From the NCBI GenBank assembly GCA_951406725.2, contig OX597816.1, positions 128,402,001 through 128,466,000 on the forward strand: 64,000 nucleotides of DNA. Reading direction: 5' to 3'. Within the stretch, counting starts at the first letter, position 1. Every line of letters starts with the position of its first letter. This document shows, one piece after another, positions 50,100-63,691 of this stretch. The notes below the pieces were generated by a model, which saw only the letters and a program-made list of their open reading frames with translations, made no database searches and was not told the origin of the DNA. The DNA comes from Octopus vulgaris (taxonomy: Eukaryota). Position numbers and translations under genes: made by a program.

Positions 50100-53000
50100 T
50101 TAACAGCACAATAGTCCCTCGGGCAAAGCAATATACACAATCAAAGCATACATAGATTAGGAATGGGTTGAAATGAGTCCTATACACATGTGGGGCTCAA
50201 ATATCTTCCCATTGTGCCCATGCCATAAGATAGCACTCTGTGGTGCAAGGCTATTTTGTTGATACATGTAGCAACTTTATCATGGTAATAATTTGGAAGT
50301 CTTGCTGACTTTGTGCCAAAATTTGAAACCAATAATTAGAAAGTCTAGCTTATCATGTCTTCCATTGAAGGATATCTTCATAGAGGCAGTGCACAAGTAG
50401 CATGACATGTCTGGTTTAAATATAAATAATGCTTGTGTGCTATGTATTAAAAATCAATGAAGGATAGTGTCTGAATTGAGTGTATGAGATAATAAGCAGG
50501 TTATTAATATACATATGGAAGATTATGGAGAACATAACCCATACTTCAGGTAGATTAGTGTTTGATTGACTTGTGAGAGTCATGTCAGTGCATGTAACAG
50601 AGTAGTCTGATGCAAGTGGTGAATGGCGGATGTTTTTATTGTTTCCATTGCCTCATTTCAGTCCTGATCAAGCAGAACTATGATCAAAGTTATTTCATCT
50701 CATTTTTTTCCAATTACAGGGAACCCTGGACTACATTGTTCACATTGTTTAATGTAACTTTCCTATGATGGTGAAGCATGATTAAAGGAGATTTGACTGC
50801 TATTTCTTGCAACATGCATGTGAGCATCGATAGCAGCTGGGCATGCCATTAAACAATAAACAGAAGAGGTGAATGCATAAGTATATTTGCGTGGATCTAA
50901 ATGGACAACATCTGTTTGGTGAAATAGTACTGTATGCCAACAATGTTGACTACCCATGACAGGAAATGACCAAAAATAATATGGAAAGAAATAATGAGAC
51001 CCGAGCTCAACATGTTAAACCTCACAGGGAAGACACAGACAAGATTAGAATATCAAAATACCATACTCCAGACATTTCCAACTTATTCTAGGACAGTAAA
51101 TGAGTATGAAAGCATCAAAACATCAATGGCAATGATAATCATAATGATAATCTAGTTTCAACTCCTATTTGAGACTATTTTGCATGCTACATATATGACT
51201 AATGTCTTTAGAAAAAGCACCACATTCTTCCCCTTAAGTGGAGAAAGCAACGGAAAACCATTCCTATGTACTCTTCATGACACACTATAACAGTGTCAGA
51301 GTAAGCAATGTCTTGAAATGCTACTTTTTAAAAACATGTTATATTTACTATTCTCTAAGCTGTGCTTATGGATTAAAATTAAGAAGAGATTTAAATTTTG
51401 TTGAAGCACTTGGGATTATTGTAAAACTTTTATGGCTACAAGATATTGGTTTTAGACTACAAATATCACTAGAGCAATTGTGTCCCTAGGCAAATCTCAT
51501 AGCTTGCCTTAGTTTGTATTACGGACAACAGATTACACCCCTGCTTCATAACTGAACTGACTTGTTTTGAGTGGGCAGAGTTTAGAACTGTATACACAGC
51601 TGTTCAAAAAGCATGCAAATATTCAAAGTTACACAAACAATTACTCCTTTGCTAATACAGTATAAATGGATGTGAAACAAAAAGAAAGACAGGCACTTGA
51701 GTTCAATCAAAGCAATGTAATTTTTCTAAGCAATTGACGTTGTATTTGATCTGGTGAAACTTTGGTCAATTAAAGCTAGATGCACTTCATATAAAATATG
51801 TCTTGTCTATCATTTATTTCATCTACTTTTGTAATGCTTATGAAGAAAACGATATTGATTCAACATTATCTAACACCCCTAAATACTTAACATGAAATGA
51901 TTTGTAGCTTGTTCTGGAGACTCGCTGTTGTCCTAATCAACATAGGCACAACATCAGCATGAAGCAATAAATGTCAAAACTAATTGAAGTTAGTCTTACC
52001 ATATCATGAAATGAAAAAGAATTCCTTATAGAAGGAATAATTACAGTTCTTAGTGGAATGCTTCTGCATTATTTAATCTGTTCACTTTTAATTCTTCAGA
52101 TATTCACTTCTTTTATGTGTTGTTGCTGGGCAATTATTAAAGCATTTATTTTAAGTTCAAATCGACCTTTGGAATAAAGGTTTAAAGGAAATTCGGTATT
52201 AACTAATAAAGCAGATCTAGTGCAAAGAATATTTCTTGTAACATCCAAACAAGATGCTAAAATAGTTATTGAAATGAAGCCAAGAAGTAACTTAGCAACC
52301 TTGCTCAGAATGCTGGTATGAAGTGTTAAGTACAAGGACAGGTAAAATGACTAAATATCAAAGACTTTAGCCAATACTTGCATGTGATATTCATTCATTC
52401 ATTCATTTAAAAATTCAACATTAATGGATGTTACATGCTCCATGCAAAAAAAGGCACCAAGTTAACGATGAGTTGTCTTTATGATGAAAGTAGCCCAAAG
52501 AGGGTTTGGTAGAAAGTGGAAAGGGCAGTTCCTAAAAATTTGGGGTTTCACAAATCTGAAGACAGAACTGAGAAACATGAATAAATACTATAGTATAGAC
52601 CAGCCAACCCATTCCTGTTGAATATGTTCACTAATACGATGATGCAGTAATAATGTCAACAAAAATAAGATTTGCTATAGCTCCAGGGGAGACCTGAAAT
52701 TAAGAAGATAGATATTTAATTAAAGATATTTCAACAACTATCTTTCAATAACTATGCCCTACCTTTATAGAAACAAAAAATAACAATGGTAGGTTTGATC
52801 TCTATTTCTAACAAGGTGACTAATCATATAGAGATTTCCCTACTGGCCTGAATAATATAGTGGGGGTAGTGGTGGTGGCGGCGTCAGGAGCAGTGGTGGT
52901 GGTAATGATGTTGCTGTGGTGGTGGTGGTGATGGTGGTGGCAATGATGATGATGATGTTGTGATGATTAAGGTCATCATAAGTTTTGATAATGATTTTAA

Positions 53001-53435
53001 ATGGTGTTGAGCTTTTCCAGAAAATATCTTAACCATTTTTAGTGTAACTGAAGAATTAACTCTGCTCCCACTCTCTGATTAAATTATTGACATAATGAAG
53101 AGCATACCAATTACAAAAATTTGACAAATGTTTGTAATTAACAAAAATTCCCAGGCATTGAAAATGTTGAAGTACGATCTAAAAAAGGAAATCTTTTGAA
53201 TTACCATTTTAACTAGCAACAAAATTAGAAATACTTTATTTTTAATAAAACAATGTTTACATCTTCCACATTTAATTATGATGGCACATTCTTTCAACAT
53301 CATCATAATTAACACCATGACTGTTAACAAGACCACCACCAACAACAACAACAACAACAGACTCTTCATTAACATGGCCATTATCATCTTTAGTTTGAAT
53401 TCCTGCATCTAAATATTTTGGCATTCATTTCTGAA

Positions 53436-53590
53436 GTAGCTTGGCGGTGTGATTATGAAGCCTGATTCCTAACCACATGGTTTTGGATCCAACCTTACTC
53501 AGGCATACCTAAAGCAAGAGTCTTCTATAATAATTAATAACCTTGGGCCAGCCAAAGCCTTGTTAGTATATTTGGTAGACAGCCCTTCTT
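53436..53590 (+). mobile_element. SINE family A head, diverged
   Basis: aaccacatggtt..caagagtcttcta..gggccagccaaagccttgt..tttggtagac. Confidence 0.6.
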
Positions 53591-53716
53591 GAATATATAC
53601 TTATATATGTGTATACACACACACACATATACATATATATGTATACATACATACATACATATATATATATATATGTATACATACATACATACATACATAT
53701 ATATATATATGTATAC

Positions 53717-53764
<48 letters not shown>

Positions 53765-53766
<2 letters not shown>

Positions 53767-54240
53767 CTAAAATACGAAAATGGGACAAGAACGCAAAACA
53801 TCCAGACAGGTGAAACAAAAAAGGGGCAACAAAATATCCGGACTGATGATACAAGGAAAACAAGAATGGATCATTTGGTGTTTTCTATCCTCAGTCGAGT
53901 TCCAGATTATCTTTGCAATTTCAGCTGGTTATACTCGAGATTGCTCCAGTCTGACCAGCCCCAAGGAAAAATATGCTAAGAGCATTACATTCCTTGGAAG
54001 AAAGCAGCAAATGTATATGAAAGCAAGGACGGCAAAAAACAGACAAATGTTATACAAATACAAATAACAGGACATAATAACAGGTGTCTTTCGACTAAGG
54101 ACGAATTAAATTAAGTTGGCATGTGTGGAAGTAAAGTCATACAGCAGGGACATAAGATTTAACAAGTACATGAAGGAATATAGATGTTGCACAGACAGTA
54201 GTGCAACCAAGAAAGAAAGGTCAGGCCTGGCTGAACACCA
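53765..54240. mobile_element. Unclassified interspersed repeat next to a TA array (possibly Penelope-derived)
   Basis: Abrupt start after (TA)n, strand-skewed A-rich composition and retained CpGs. No second copy in the window. Confidence 0.3.
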
Positions 54241-54961
54241 GTCATGTGGGGAGAGAAGAGAGAGTACCAATAAGTACCAGTTGAGCACTGGAGTTAATGT
54301 AATCAACTTACCCCCTCCCCCAAAATTGTTGATCTTGTACTAGAATCTGAAACCAACATATGGTATAATGTAGCAACAAAACTATCATAAACCAAGGAAC
54401 CAAGAAACTCTAACACATTCAACACTATGTGAACTAGATATTTCAATGAAGGGCAACTTAGAACCATGGGAACACAAAATACGAATGATTGATAGTCAAC
54501 ATGCAACATTAAATGTATACTTTCATCATCAGCTACCTATCAGATATCCTTATGGCTTCAACATCTAGGCAATACCATTCAGTTTGGAAGTGTCATATTT
54601 CTAATTATTTAATCAGAAAGAAAAAGCCATGCCTATCACTTTTGCAGTCCCACACAGACTGGTGAAACTAATGTTCAGCTTAAACATCTGCAAATCTATG
54701 ATTGCAAGAAAAATCATGGCTGGAACAGAAATCCAGATGATTGTCATTCTGAGAAGGAAGGATTGAGATAAATGGTTAGATCAGAGGTTGAATGTGAAGT
54801 AAGATACAGATAATTATACATATTTAACAGAAAATATCAGTGTTAAACAAGCATCTTGAAAATGTGTCTATATTTTCAATCAAGCCTGTATTATTACCCA
54901 ATTGAGTTGCTTGTCATAGAAATTAATCTCTCAGAAGCTGAATGTAATCAATATTATTATA

Positions 54962-55017
<56 letters not shown>

Positions 55018-55039
55018 GTGACAATTAGTTGGTTGTCAT

Positions 55040-55100
55040 AATAAAACTCAGAATTTCGGATGTCGGGGCTGAAGTCTGCTCCAGCATCTCATCAGTTATT
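55040..55100 (-). ncRNA. Type I hammerhead ribozyme motif, relative of the 17.1-kb cassette
   Basis: aataa-CTGATGA-gatgctggagcagacttcagccccgacatcc-GAAA-ttctgag-TT-ttatt, followed by the same taattgtcacatatt flank and (TA)n. Confidence 0.7.
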
Positions 55101-56529
55101 AAGACAAAACGCTATGAAAAAAACCCATTGAATTAAGGGAAATTACTCCAATATGCATGGTGAAAGTAATACCTCATTCATAGAATCTGCATATGCACAC
55201 ATATACATTCACACATACATGTACGCACACACATGTACGTATATATATCGATGTACGCATACACGAATGTACATATACATACAAACACACATATATACAT
55301 CTCTCTCTACACACACACATACATACGTGGATATACAAAACAGTTTATATGCACATGCATATACATACACTGAAAACGTATATACAAATAAAAACACATA
55401 CGAAAAATGCACGCATCATTATGTTCATATACACATCTCCATACATACATACACATAACAACATGGATATACAAAATGTAGACTATACGCACATGCACAT
55501 ACATATGTAGATAGACATATATACAAATAAAAACACTTACGCAAAAAACATAAACCGTAAAACATTCACATTCACCATAAAACTTGAATATACAAATGAG
55601 TTATATATGTATATACACAAATACACCCTCCTGTATGAAAATTTCCTATGATAATTAGGTGCTTTTGAGGAGTGGGAGAAAAAGGAGGAAGGAAGAAACA
55701 CATTTCCCATAGGTTGATTCCAGAAAGGCTGCCTAATTTTTTAATGTGTAGAATTAAGCCCTTAGAGAGGATAGTGGTGGAAACCATAAAGACCTTGTGC
55801 CTTGAGATATCGACAATGACTATGAGATAAGTCAAGGTGGAGAAAGAGGGAAGAGATGGCTTTAACATAATGAGTTGTTCACAAACGGATTCAGCAATCC
55901 AAAGATGACACATTTATTCAGTTAAAATGCTGCTAGCATTTTGCATCCATCTTGAGAGGAATTAATTTCTTTCTGCACGTGTGCATGCACACACACTTAA
56001 TATACACATACATACATCTTTCGCTTTCTGCTCTCATTTCAAAGCAAATGTTGCCTTTCCACTTTCTCCTCCCTTTCAATTTCTGCTCTCTTCAAAGCGT
56101 AAAGAAATAAAAAAAATTTTACAGAAATTAACGAACAATCATATGATCCCATATGATTGACCATACGATCAAATTGATAACTTTGCTATTTCAAACAAAA
56201 GAATGCCATAAAATAATATCCTTTGGCACACACACACACATACACACTCTAGGTAAAACTTGTGTACAAATTATGCTATTTCTTGCCATGTGCATGCACA
56301 ATATAACAGCTCAAATCCAATTGAAATAACCTTTTTCTATTCTGTAATTCGTGTTATGATGAGCAAATTTAAGACCTGATTTTCGATATAAATTTAAACG
56401 GAAGTTTTCCTAGAAACCCTGTCCTTTACCTGTTGTTAGCATGTCCAAAGTGACATATGCGCCCCACCAACCCTCTATTTTTTTCCTAAATTTCTTTTGA
56501 TTCCTATGTTTTCAATACAGGAGATTAGG

Positions 56530-56755
56530 ATTTTATTTTTCTCCCTCCCCACTCCAGTTTTTTTTTTTTTACTTGTTTCAGTCGTTTGACTGTGGCCATG
56601 CTGGAGCACCGCCTTTAGTCGAGCAAATCAACCCCAGGACTTATTCTTTGTAAGCCCAGTACTTATTCTATCGGTCTCTTTTGCCGAACCGCTAAGTGAC
56701 GTGGACGTAAACACACCAGCATCAGTTGTCAATCAATGCTAGGGGACAAACACAA

Positions 56756-56787
<32 letters not shown>

Positions 56788-57497
56788 GTACATATATACG
56801 ACAGGCTTCTTTCAGTTTCCGTCTACCAAATCCACTCACAAGGCATTGGTCGGCTCGGGGCTATAGCAGAAGACACTTGCCCAAGACGCCACGCAGTGGG
56901 ACTGAACCCGGAACCATGTGGTTGGTTAGCAAGCTACTCCAGTTTCTTAATTTTTACTTTTTTGCAAATTTTCTTCTTGGTAACCCACGGAGAAAAAAAA
57001 AACAGAGAGTATGAATCTTTAAGAATTTCTTCTTCCTTTTTTCTTAAAGAAACACTAAAATCTCCTTACAAAACATCCACCCATCACCTCACCACTTTGA
57101 AAAAGCTACAAACTCCCAATGTTTCACTTTTTGAAAAGCAGGGAAATTTTTTCAGGAATAATGTCATTTACCTGTTGTTTCTAGCATGTTGGATTTTCTG
57201 GCGATGGTCTGGTATTTTTTACATCTGCTATTCCAGTACAATTCTATGCATGCATGAAACATCAGATGAAAGTAAAACATTAGGAGGTTTTAGCATTTTG
57301 AAAGCAGGTAGGTGATGGGTTAGGGCGAGGTGGGAGAAGGGACATTGAGTGTTTCTTTAAGAAAAATTAAACTTTAAAAAAAGATATATATTTCCAAGAT
57401 TTGCAATCTCTGTATTTTTCTATTTGGATAAAGAGAACAAATTCAAAATAAATTACAAATTAAGAAATTGTGGTAAAGATGGGGGGAAATTAAAATT
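56530..57497. repeat. Old imperfect fold-back (MITE-like) with its left arm split by the SINE
   Basis: Blocks ttttcttaaagaaacact, acccatcacct and ctcc.aatgttt.acttt recur in inverted orientation at 57270-57366. Confidence 0.6.
56561..56935 (-). mobile_element. SINE family A, young, with 10-bp TSD
   Basis: TSD actccagttt at 56551-56560 and 56936-56945. Poly-T tail. CpGs retained. Confidence 0.9.
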
Positions 57498-57788
57498 TTG
57501 AAAATGTGATTTCTGGACAAAATCGAATTAACCCCTTTTTATACAATAAAAAAATACATAGTTTGCAATCATTCTTAAGAACAGAAAGCATTTTTATGCA
57601 AACCCATGCAAATTGTATCCTCTCCACCTTCACTTTTAAACAAACAATAACTTCCATTATGCCAGTAATCCAGTTCACTATATATCAGCTGTTCCAATTC
57701 TGCTCTTAAGAAAGGAACAAACAATGCAATGTGACTGTAGGTCATAACACTCAGGCAACACTGGGATGCATTGCTAGTATATATACAG

Positions 57789-57825
<37 letters not shown>

Positions 57826-60520
57826 GTATACAATATATATGTGTATATATATTGTGTGTGAGAATGTTGCATATAAGTAAGTATGATAGAAGTTGCTTAT
57901 AAATCTGTATGCTGGTTTTCATTTACTCCTCCTTGCAGAGCTAATATGTCCATTGCCAGGTATAGCTCAAAATTATCTCTAATCTATAGAACTGATGTTT
58001 TTTATATTTCTGAGTTAAATCTATTCAAAATACAATATGCTGAAAATAGAATATTCTTTCAAAATATAAAAAGAAAATAGACTATGGTAATGCCTGCTAT
58101 TTATAGCAGATGACCTAATGCATATGATCAGTATTTCTAATATCTTGTAATCTATTATTTTGTAATGCCAATTTCAAAAGCAAATTATATCAAGAAATAT
58201 AGCAGAGAAATCTCTTTAATCTTCCTTTTTGAATAAACAGATACAAAAGCTAACAAGATAATTGGGTGTTTAGAATAAATTTTCAATAAACAACTGTAAC
58301 TAAGAGCTGATTGGCTATTTTAGTTTAATGAGCAAATACTCCTAGGTATTGGCTGTATGTTTATACATTTCTTGCTTTTTTTGTGTGTGTTTTGTTTTTC
58401 AAAGAAATAATTCTGAATATTTCTTTAAATTTCTGATAACTTGTATTGAATATATTTTTGTACCATGCTCCAAATCTAGTATCATTTCAGTAGTATCTTT
58501 CAAATGTATTGATCAAGTGAATACAGTTTAGTTAAATTAGACAAATCTGGAATGTTCTTAATTTCATTTTTTTTTTTAAATTTACAAGAAAATATATGAT
58601 ACTGCTATGATAACAAAAACATTAGATAATTTAGGTCCTATATTGACTATGACACTTTTATGTATGATGTGCCAGCCATTGTTTTTCTAAACTATAACTA
58701 TGACCATGTAGCTTTAGTTATTAATGACAGTATAATGTTCAGCTGCTATGATTATCATCACCATAAGCGAAAGAAAGAGAATTGCTAATGTTATGATTAC
58801 CAATTTCAATTGTTACTACTGTTGGATTTCTTTTTTTCAGAGAGAGATACTGCATTTCATACTTTTTTTGCTTGTTATAATATTTAGTTATTATTCTCCT
58901 TGGGAATAACATCTCTATCACTATGGTTATATGCTTTATATCCAAATTTTAATCTTTAATACTGTTTTCATCTTTGGTGATCTCCAATGAAGCCATTCTT
59001 GGATAAGGTGTCTAGTCAAAAGAATGGATTTTATGGCTTTAATCACGAGCTTACAATAACAACTTTGTGGATACTCTTTTAAATTCACAGAAAATCCATC
59101 ATTATAAAGCCACTACATAATCCTTGATCCTGTATATCAAAGGAGTTTTTATTTCAATCCCAAACAGTCAATATCCTTTATTTTATTTTATTACTAACAC
59201 CATGATCTTTCCCTATGCTCTATCAAGCAGATATTCTATACAATGAAATGTAGCCACTATCAAAAACTCATTCATGCAGTAATAAAGCAGAATCTCTCAA
59301 TATTTTCCTATATAATCAACTATCTTTTTTCTTACTTTACAGCTTTGTGATAATCCACAACATTGATTTGGTTAATATTTTTTTATTTTCTTATTCTCAC
59401 ACTTGAATATTTTACAAAGAGACAAGAAAGTAAGAACTAAAGGTTTGTTTCTCTATGGTGTTTCTTCAGAAAATAGACAGAAAATATATTTACACATGCT
59501 TTTTATAAATTTAAGTATTCTTATATCCTTTCATTTGGATGCTTTAATTACGTATCAGTAGGCTCAGAGTAAATATCATAAAAATTAATCCCTGTTGCTT
59601 TTCCATTGATGTTTTTGAGTTGTTCAGCTCTATGCTTACTTCTTCAAAATGGAAAGAAAAATTAAGCTGCCAGTTTAATTTATATTCATTATTGACCAAA
59701 ATCTAAACAATTCAGAATTTTACCTGAAAAGCAAAATGTTAAAACTTTTAAATGCAGAACTATCAATGGTTCAAGTTAGAAAAAAATCATTCTATTAAAT
59801 TGAAACAAAAGATATGTTACTGAAGCCTTTATGTCAAATATTCAATGAATTTAAAAAATTAAATAAAAACAGAAAAATGGAAAAGAAAGTGAAACAAATA
59901 GAAACTTTAAAATATGTCTCTACGAATGAAAAAAACTATTCCATCTCAAAAGAAAATCAGTAGAAAGGCTTCTGATTAAAAAAAAACTGAAGTTTTCTCC
60001 AGTTTATTTTCTTGCTGTTTATAATGTGCCTTAAATTTCAAACTACACTCATTCCCAAGCAGTTGCTGTAACTATAATATGTAAATGACAAGGAATAAAA
60101 ATCAAAATGTCAAGCTAGCAACCTACAGCATTTTATACACATGCATGACCTTTTGGTTGAAACTAAACATTTGTTTAATTATAATAAAAACATTTTCCCA
60201 TCATTGTAAGAAAGAATCAGTGATAATTTAATTAATTAACTGTTTAATTCTTCTAATTTTACTAGTAATAACATATTGCAGAATGTCAAAAAAAAAAAAA
60301 AATGGGACTGGTTGTATTCCTTAGAAGTAATTTCATTAATCGTTGGAAATGTCTTTCATATAAAATGATTTGTTTATGTCCACATGGAGTATTTAAGTTG
60401 TTTGGCAAACACAGGTTTATGAAAATCTGATTTGGTTTTATCCAATCATGCATCATGCAAGTACCTTCTGCAATAGCTTCATTGAGTGGAATTTGGTTGA
60501 TAGAAACTGTAAAGAACTGT

Positions 60521-60748
60521 AAAGGCGGTGAGCAGGCAGAAACGTTAGCACGCTGGGTGAACTGCTTAGTGGTATTTCGTCTGCCATTATGTTCTGAGTT
60601 CAAATTCCGCTGAGGTTGACTTTGCCTTTCATACTTTTGGGATCGATAAATTAAGTACTAGTTACGCACTGGGGATGATACAATTGACTTAGTCCGTTTG
60701 TCTGTCCCCTCTGTGTATAGCCCCTTGTGGGCAGTAAAGAAATAAGAA
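60521..60748 (+). mobile_element. SINE family B, full length
   Basis: aaggcggtgagcaggcagaa..gagttcaaattcc..gcctttcatacttttgggatcgataaattaagtac..aaagaaataag. Confidence 0.85.
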
Positions 60749-61199
60749 ACTGTAAAGAAACCATCCCAAGCATGTGCTTTTAGATTCAATCTCACTACTG
60801 GCATCTTGAGTAAGAATCTTCTGCACAGTGTTGCTCCAGCATGACTGCAGCCATATGGCGGAAATGAGTAAAAGAGTATATCCCTGGGCCAACCAAAGCC
60901 TTGTGAGAGGATTTGGTAGATGACATCTGAAAGAAGCTTATCATATATATGTATATATACATACATATGTGCATGTGTGTGTATGCATGTGTGCGTGTTT
61001 GTACTTCCTCAACTTCTTGGGTCATGTGATATTTGTAAATGATTGTCACTGTTATACAAGTGGTGTCATTCATTTCCAGTCTTTCATGACAGTATGATCA
61101 GTCATAGGGAAAAATTACTTTGCTTGGAAACAAGTGAAAGCTGATGTCACGAAGGGCTTCCAGCCATAGGAAAGTCTACATCAATGAACTCTGTCTGAC

Positions 61200-61530
61200 C
61201 CCTGCAAGCATGGAAAAGTGGGTGTTGACGATGATGAAAAGGGGGAGGAGATTAGTGGTAGTAGTAATAATGATGACTATAATGACGATGACAACAGTGA
61301 TGATGATGATGGTAATGATGATGGTGATGATGTCACAACAAATTCTGTCTCAACATATCCTGTCTGATCCATGCAAGTGGACATTAAAAAAACAGAGTTG
61401 ATGATGAGGGTGGTGGAGGTGATTATAGTGGTGGTGACAGTGGTGGTTGTAAGGTTATGGTAGTAGTGGTGGTTGGGGTGTGGGGGTGATGGTATCAGCA
61501 GCATCAGTAGCAGTGGTGACAATGATTCCA

Positions 61531-61561
<31 letters not shown>

Positions 61562-61715
61562 CAGTGATGATGTTGAAGATCACTGTAGCATCATTGAAAA
61601 TGAGCAACTACAACAATAGCAGTTATAACAACAACTATGACCCCAATGAACACAATGACCACAACACGGACAACGATCACAATAACAATTGCAATGACCA
61701 CAACAATAACAAGAG
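61200..61715. repeat. Compound (GAT)n/(GGT)n/(AAC)n low-complexity array including RTE-tail remnants
   Basis: Directly visible. ccatgcaag(ca)tgga motifs precede the GAT runs. Confidence 0.75.
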
Positions 61716-61845
61716 GGTGATTATTTGTACTTTGATTTACACAGTACTCTAACAGTTTGCAAGATTTCACTTCAACATGAATTTGGATTCGATTAATTTT
61801 CTCTTTTCCATTTTACCTCTTCTTCCACATTCTCATATCATAGAT

Positions 61846-61969
61846 GCAGGCATGGATGTGTGGTAAGAAGCTTGCTTCCCAACCACCTGGTTCCAGGTTC
61901 AGTTCCACTGTATGACACTTTGGGCAAACATCTTTTGCTATAGCCTCGGACCACCCAAAGTCTTGTGAG
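61846..61969 (+). mobile_element. SINE family A, 5' part
   Basis: gcatggatgtgtggtaagaagcttgcttcccaaccac..ggttcagttcc..tttgggcaa. Confidence 0.8.
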
Positions 61970-62523
61970 CAAAACGCCCCCCGTCCAATGGACAGTGCTG
62001 AGTTGTCAAATATTTACACCAAATTTTCTCAAAACAACTTGTCCAACTGTCCCATAGGCCTCCCCTTTGAGAAACACCGATTAAACCTAAATTTGAGACA
62101 CCAGCAAAAGAAGAAATAAAGATAGACTTTTTTTCTATTCCAAAGAAAAACGGTTTTATTCACACAAATATGCAACCGAAAAATTTAAAGTACCAGTAAT
62201 GATAAGGCTGTTGACTGGGAGAACACAAACATGGTTTAAACAGTAAGCTTGGCAGGAAAGAAATGTGCCTTTAAGCAGTACAAAAACAACAAAAAATGGA
62301 AGGTGCAGTTATGTACAGTTTGACGGAAGAAAAGTAGGACAAAAATGGCTTTATCAATCGCATTCTCACCTGAAATCAATTTTTGTAATTTTTTCGAGAC
62401 ATATACATGCCCTGATACCGTTGGTATCTACATATCAAATTTGAGCGCAATCGGATGGGGGATGCCAAGATCTGAGAAGTTACACACACAGACAGACAGA
62501 CACAATGGATTTTATATAAGTGA
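61968..62523 (-). mobile_element. Non-autonomous Helitron-like element
   Basis: On the minus strand it starts atcacttatataaaa, continues with a GTCT microsatellite and ccgattgcgctcaaatttg, and ends with the GC hairpin ctgtccattggacgg. Confidence 0.5.
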
Positions 62524-62754
62524 TATGTATGTACGCTTATGTATATATATGTGTGTGTGTGTGTGTGTTTATAATAAAGAAGGCAGCTATATGCAATATA
62601 AAACCAAAAAGGAAAAATTCAATTGTCACTAATTGTGATTGACAGTGCAAGGTAGAACTTACATTGCTATTAATAGGAGTTAAAACCCCTTAACCACGAG
62701 GAAGCACAGCTCCATACACTGACAAGGGAGATAACCATCCCACAGTGAGCGAGA

Positions 62755-62804
62755 TCACTATACTAGCCTCAGTCTTGCTTAAAATTAAAGCTCATCAGTA
62801 GTGA
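62755..62804 (-). ncRNA. Type I hammerhead motif (GAAA decayed to AAGA)
   Basis: tcacta-CTGATGA-gctttaattttaagc-AAGA-ctgaggctag-TA-tagtga. Perfect stem I. Confidence 0.6.
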
Positions 62805-62844
62805 CTACATACATACATATATATAAATGTACTTATGCAAGTAT

Positions 62845-63077
62845 ATCTGTGTGTGTGTGTGTCTTTGTGTCTGTGTTTGACCCCACCACAGCTTGACAAC
62901 CGGTGTTGGTGTGATTACATCCCCATAACATAGTGGTTCAGCAAAACAGACCAATAGAATAAGTACTAGGCTTACAAAGAGTAAGTCCTGAGGTTGATTT
63001 GATTGACTAAGAGCTTCCAAGGTGGTGCCCCAGTATGGCCAGCGTTAAATGACTGAAACAAGGAAAAGATAAAAGAA
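62845..63077 (+). mobile_element. SINE family A, 3' part
   Basis: gcttgacaaccggtgttggtg..aatagaataagtactaggcttacaaag..atgactgaaacaaggaaaaga. Confidence 0.8.
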
Positions 63078-63653
63078 TTTTCAGCTTTTCCATTTTTCCT
63101 TTCATTTCACTTTTAGCGTGTTTCTTTGATAGTGAGGTAGACTAATATTTATGTCAAAAATTATATTTTTATATATTTTGAAATATTTTAGAGATTGAGC
63201 AATAGAGTTTCATATATCAAAAAACCCAATTTCAGAGGAAATGAAAATTAATATATTAAATCAACTTCAAAATGGGAAGGAAAGGCTTTAACAGATTAAC
63301 GGGAGCTACAAAACAGTTTAATATAAAGGAAGCATCTATTAGAACATTTAATATTAAAAAGAAATAAAGTTAAAGAATCGGCGATTGTATAAAACATACA
63401 TCATACATGTGCAGAAACATAATGGAAACAAATTATTGAGATAAAAGATAAAATCCAATTTCCAACAGCACCCATATACACATACATAAATACATACATA
63501 CATACATATATATATAGCTATACATACATATATATGTATTTATGTATGTGTGTATATATATATGTACACATACATATTTACATATATATGTAAACATATG
63601 TATCCATATATATATAAATATATGCACACACATGTATAAACATATATGTGTAT

Positions 63654-63691
<38 letters not shown>

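Noticed and set aside
52550-52585. CTGAAGA-cagaactga-GAAA-catg hammerhead-like string (also partial cores at 3280, 24517 and 49726)
   Set aside because: No UH cleavage site, closing stems or properly placed GAAA.
59715-59742. Minus-strand ttttgcttttcag|gtaaaa as a recursive splice site
   Set aside because: The donor half is weak and no host intron is established.
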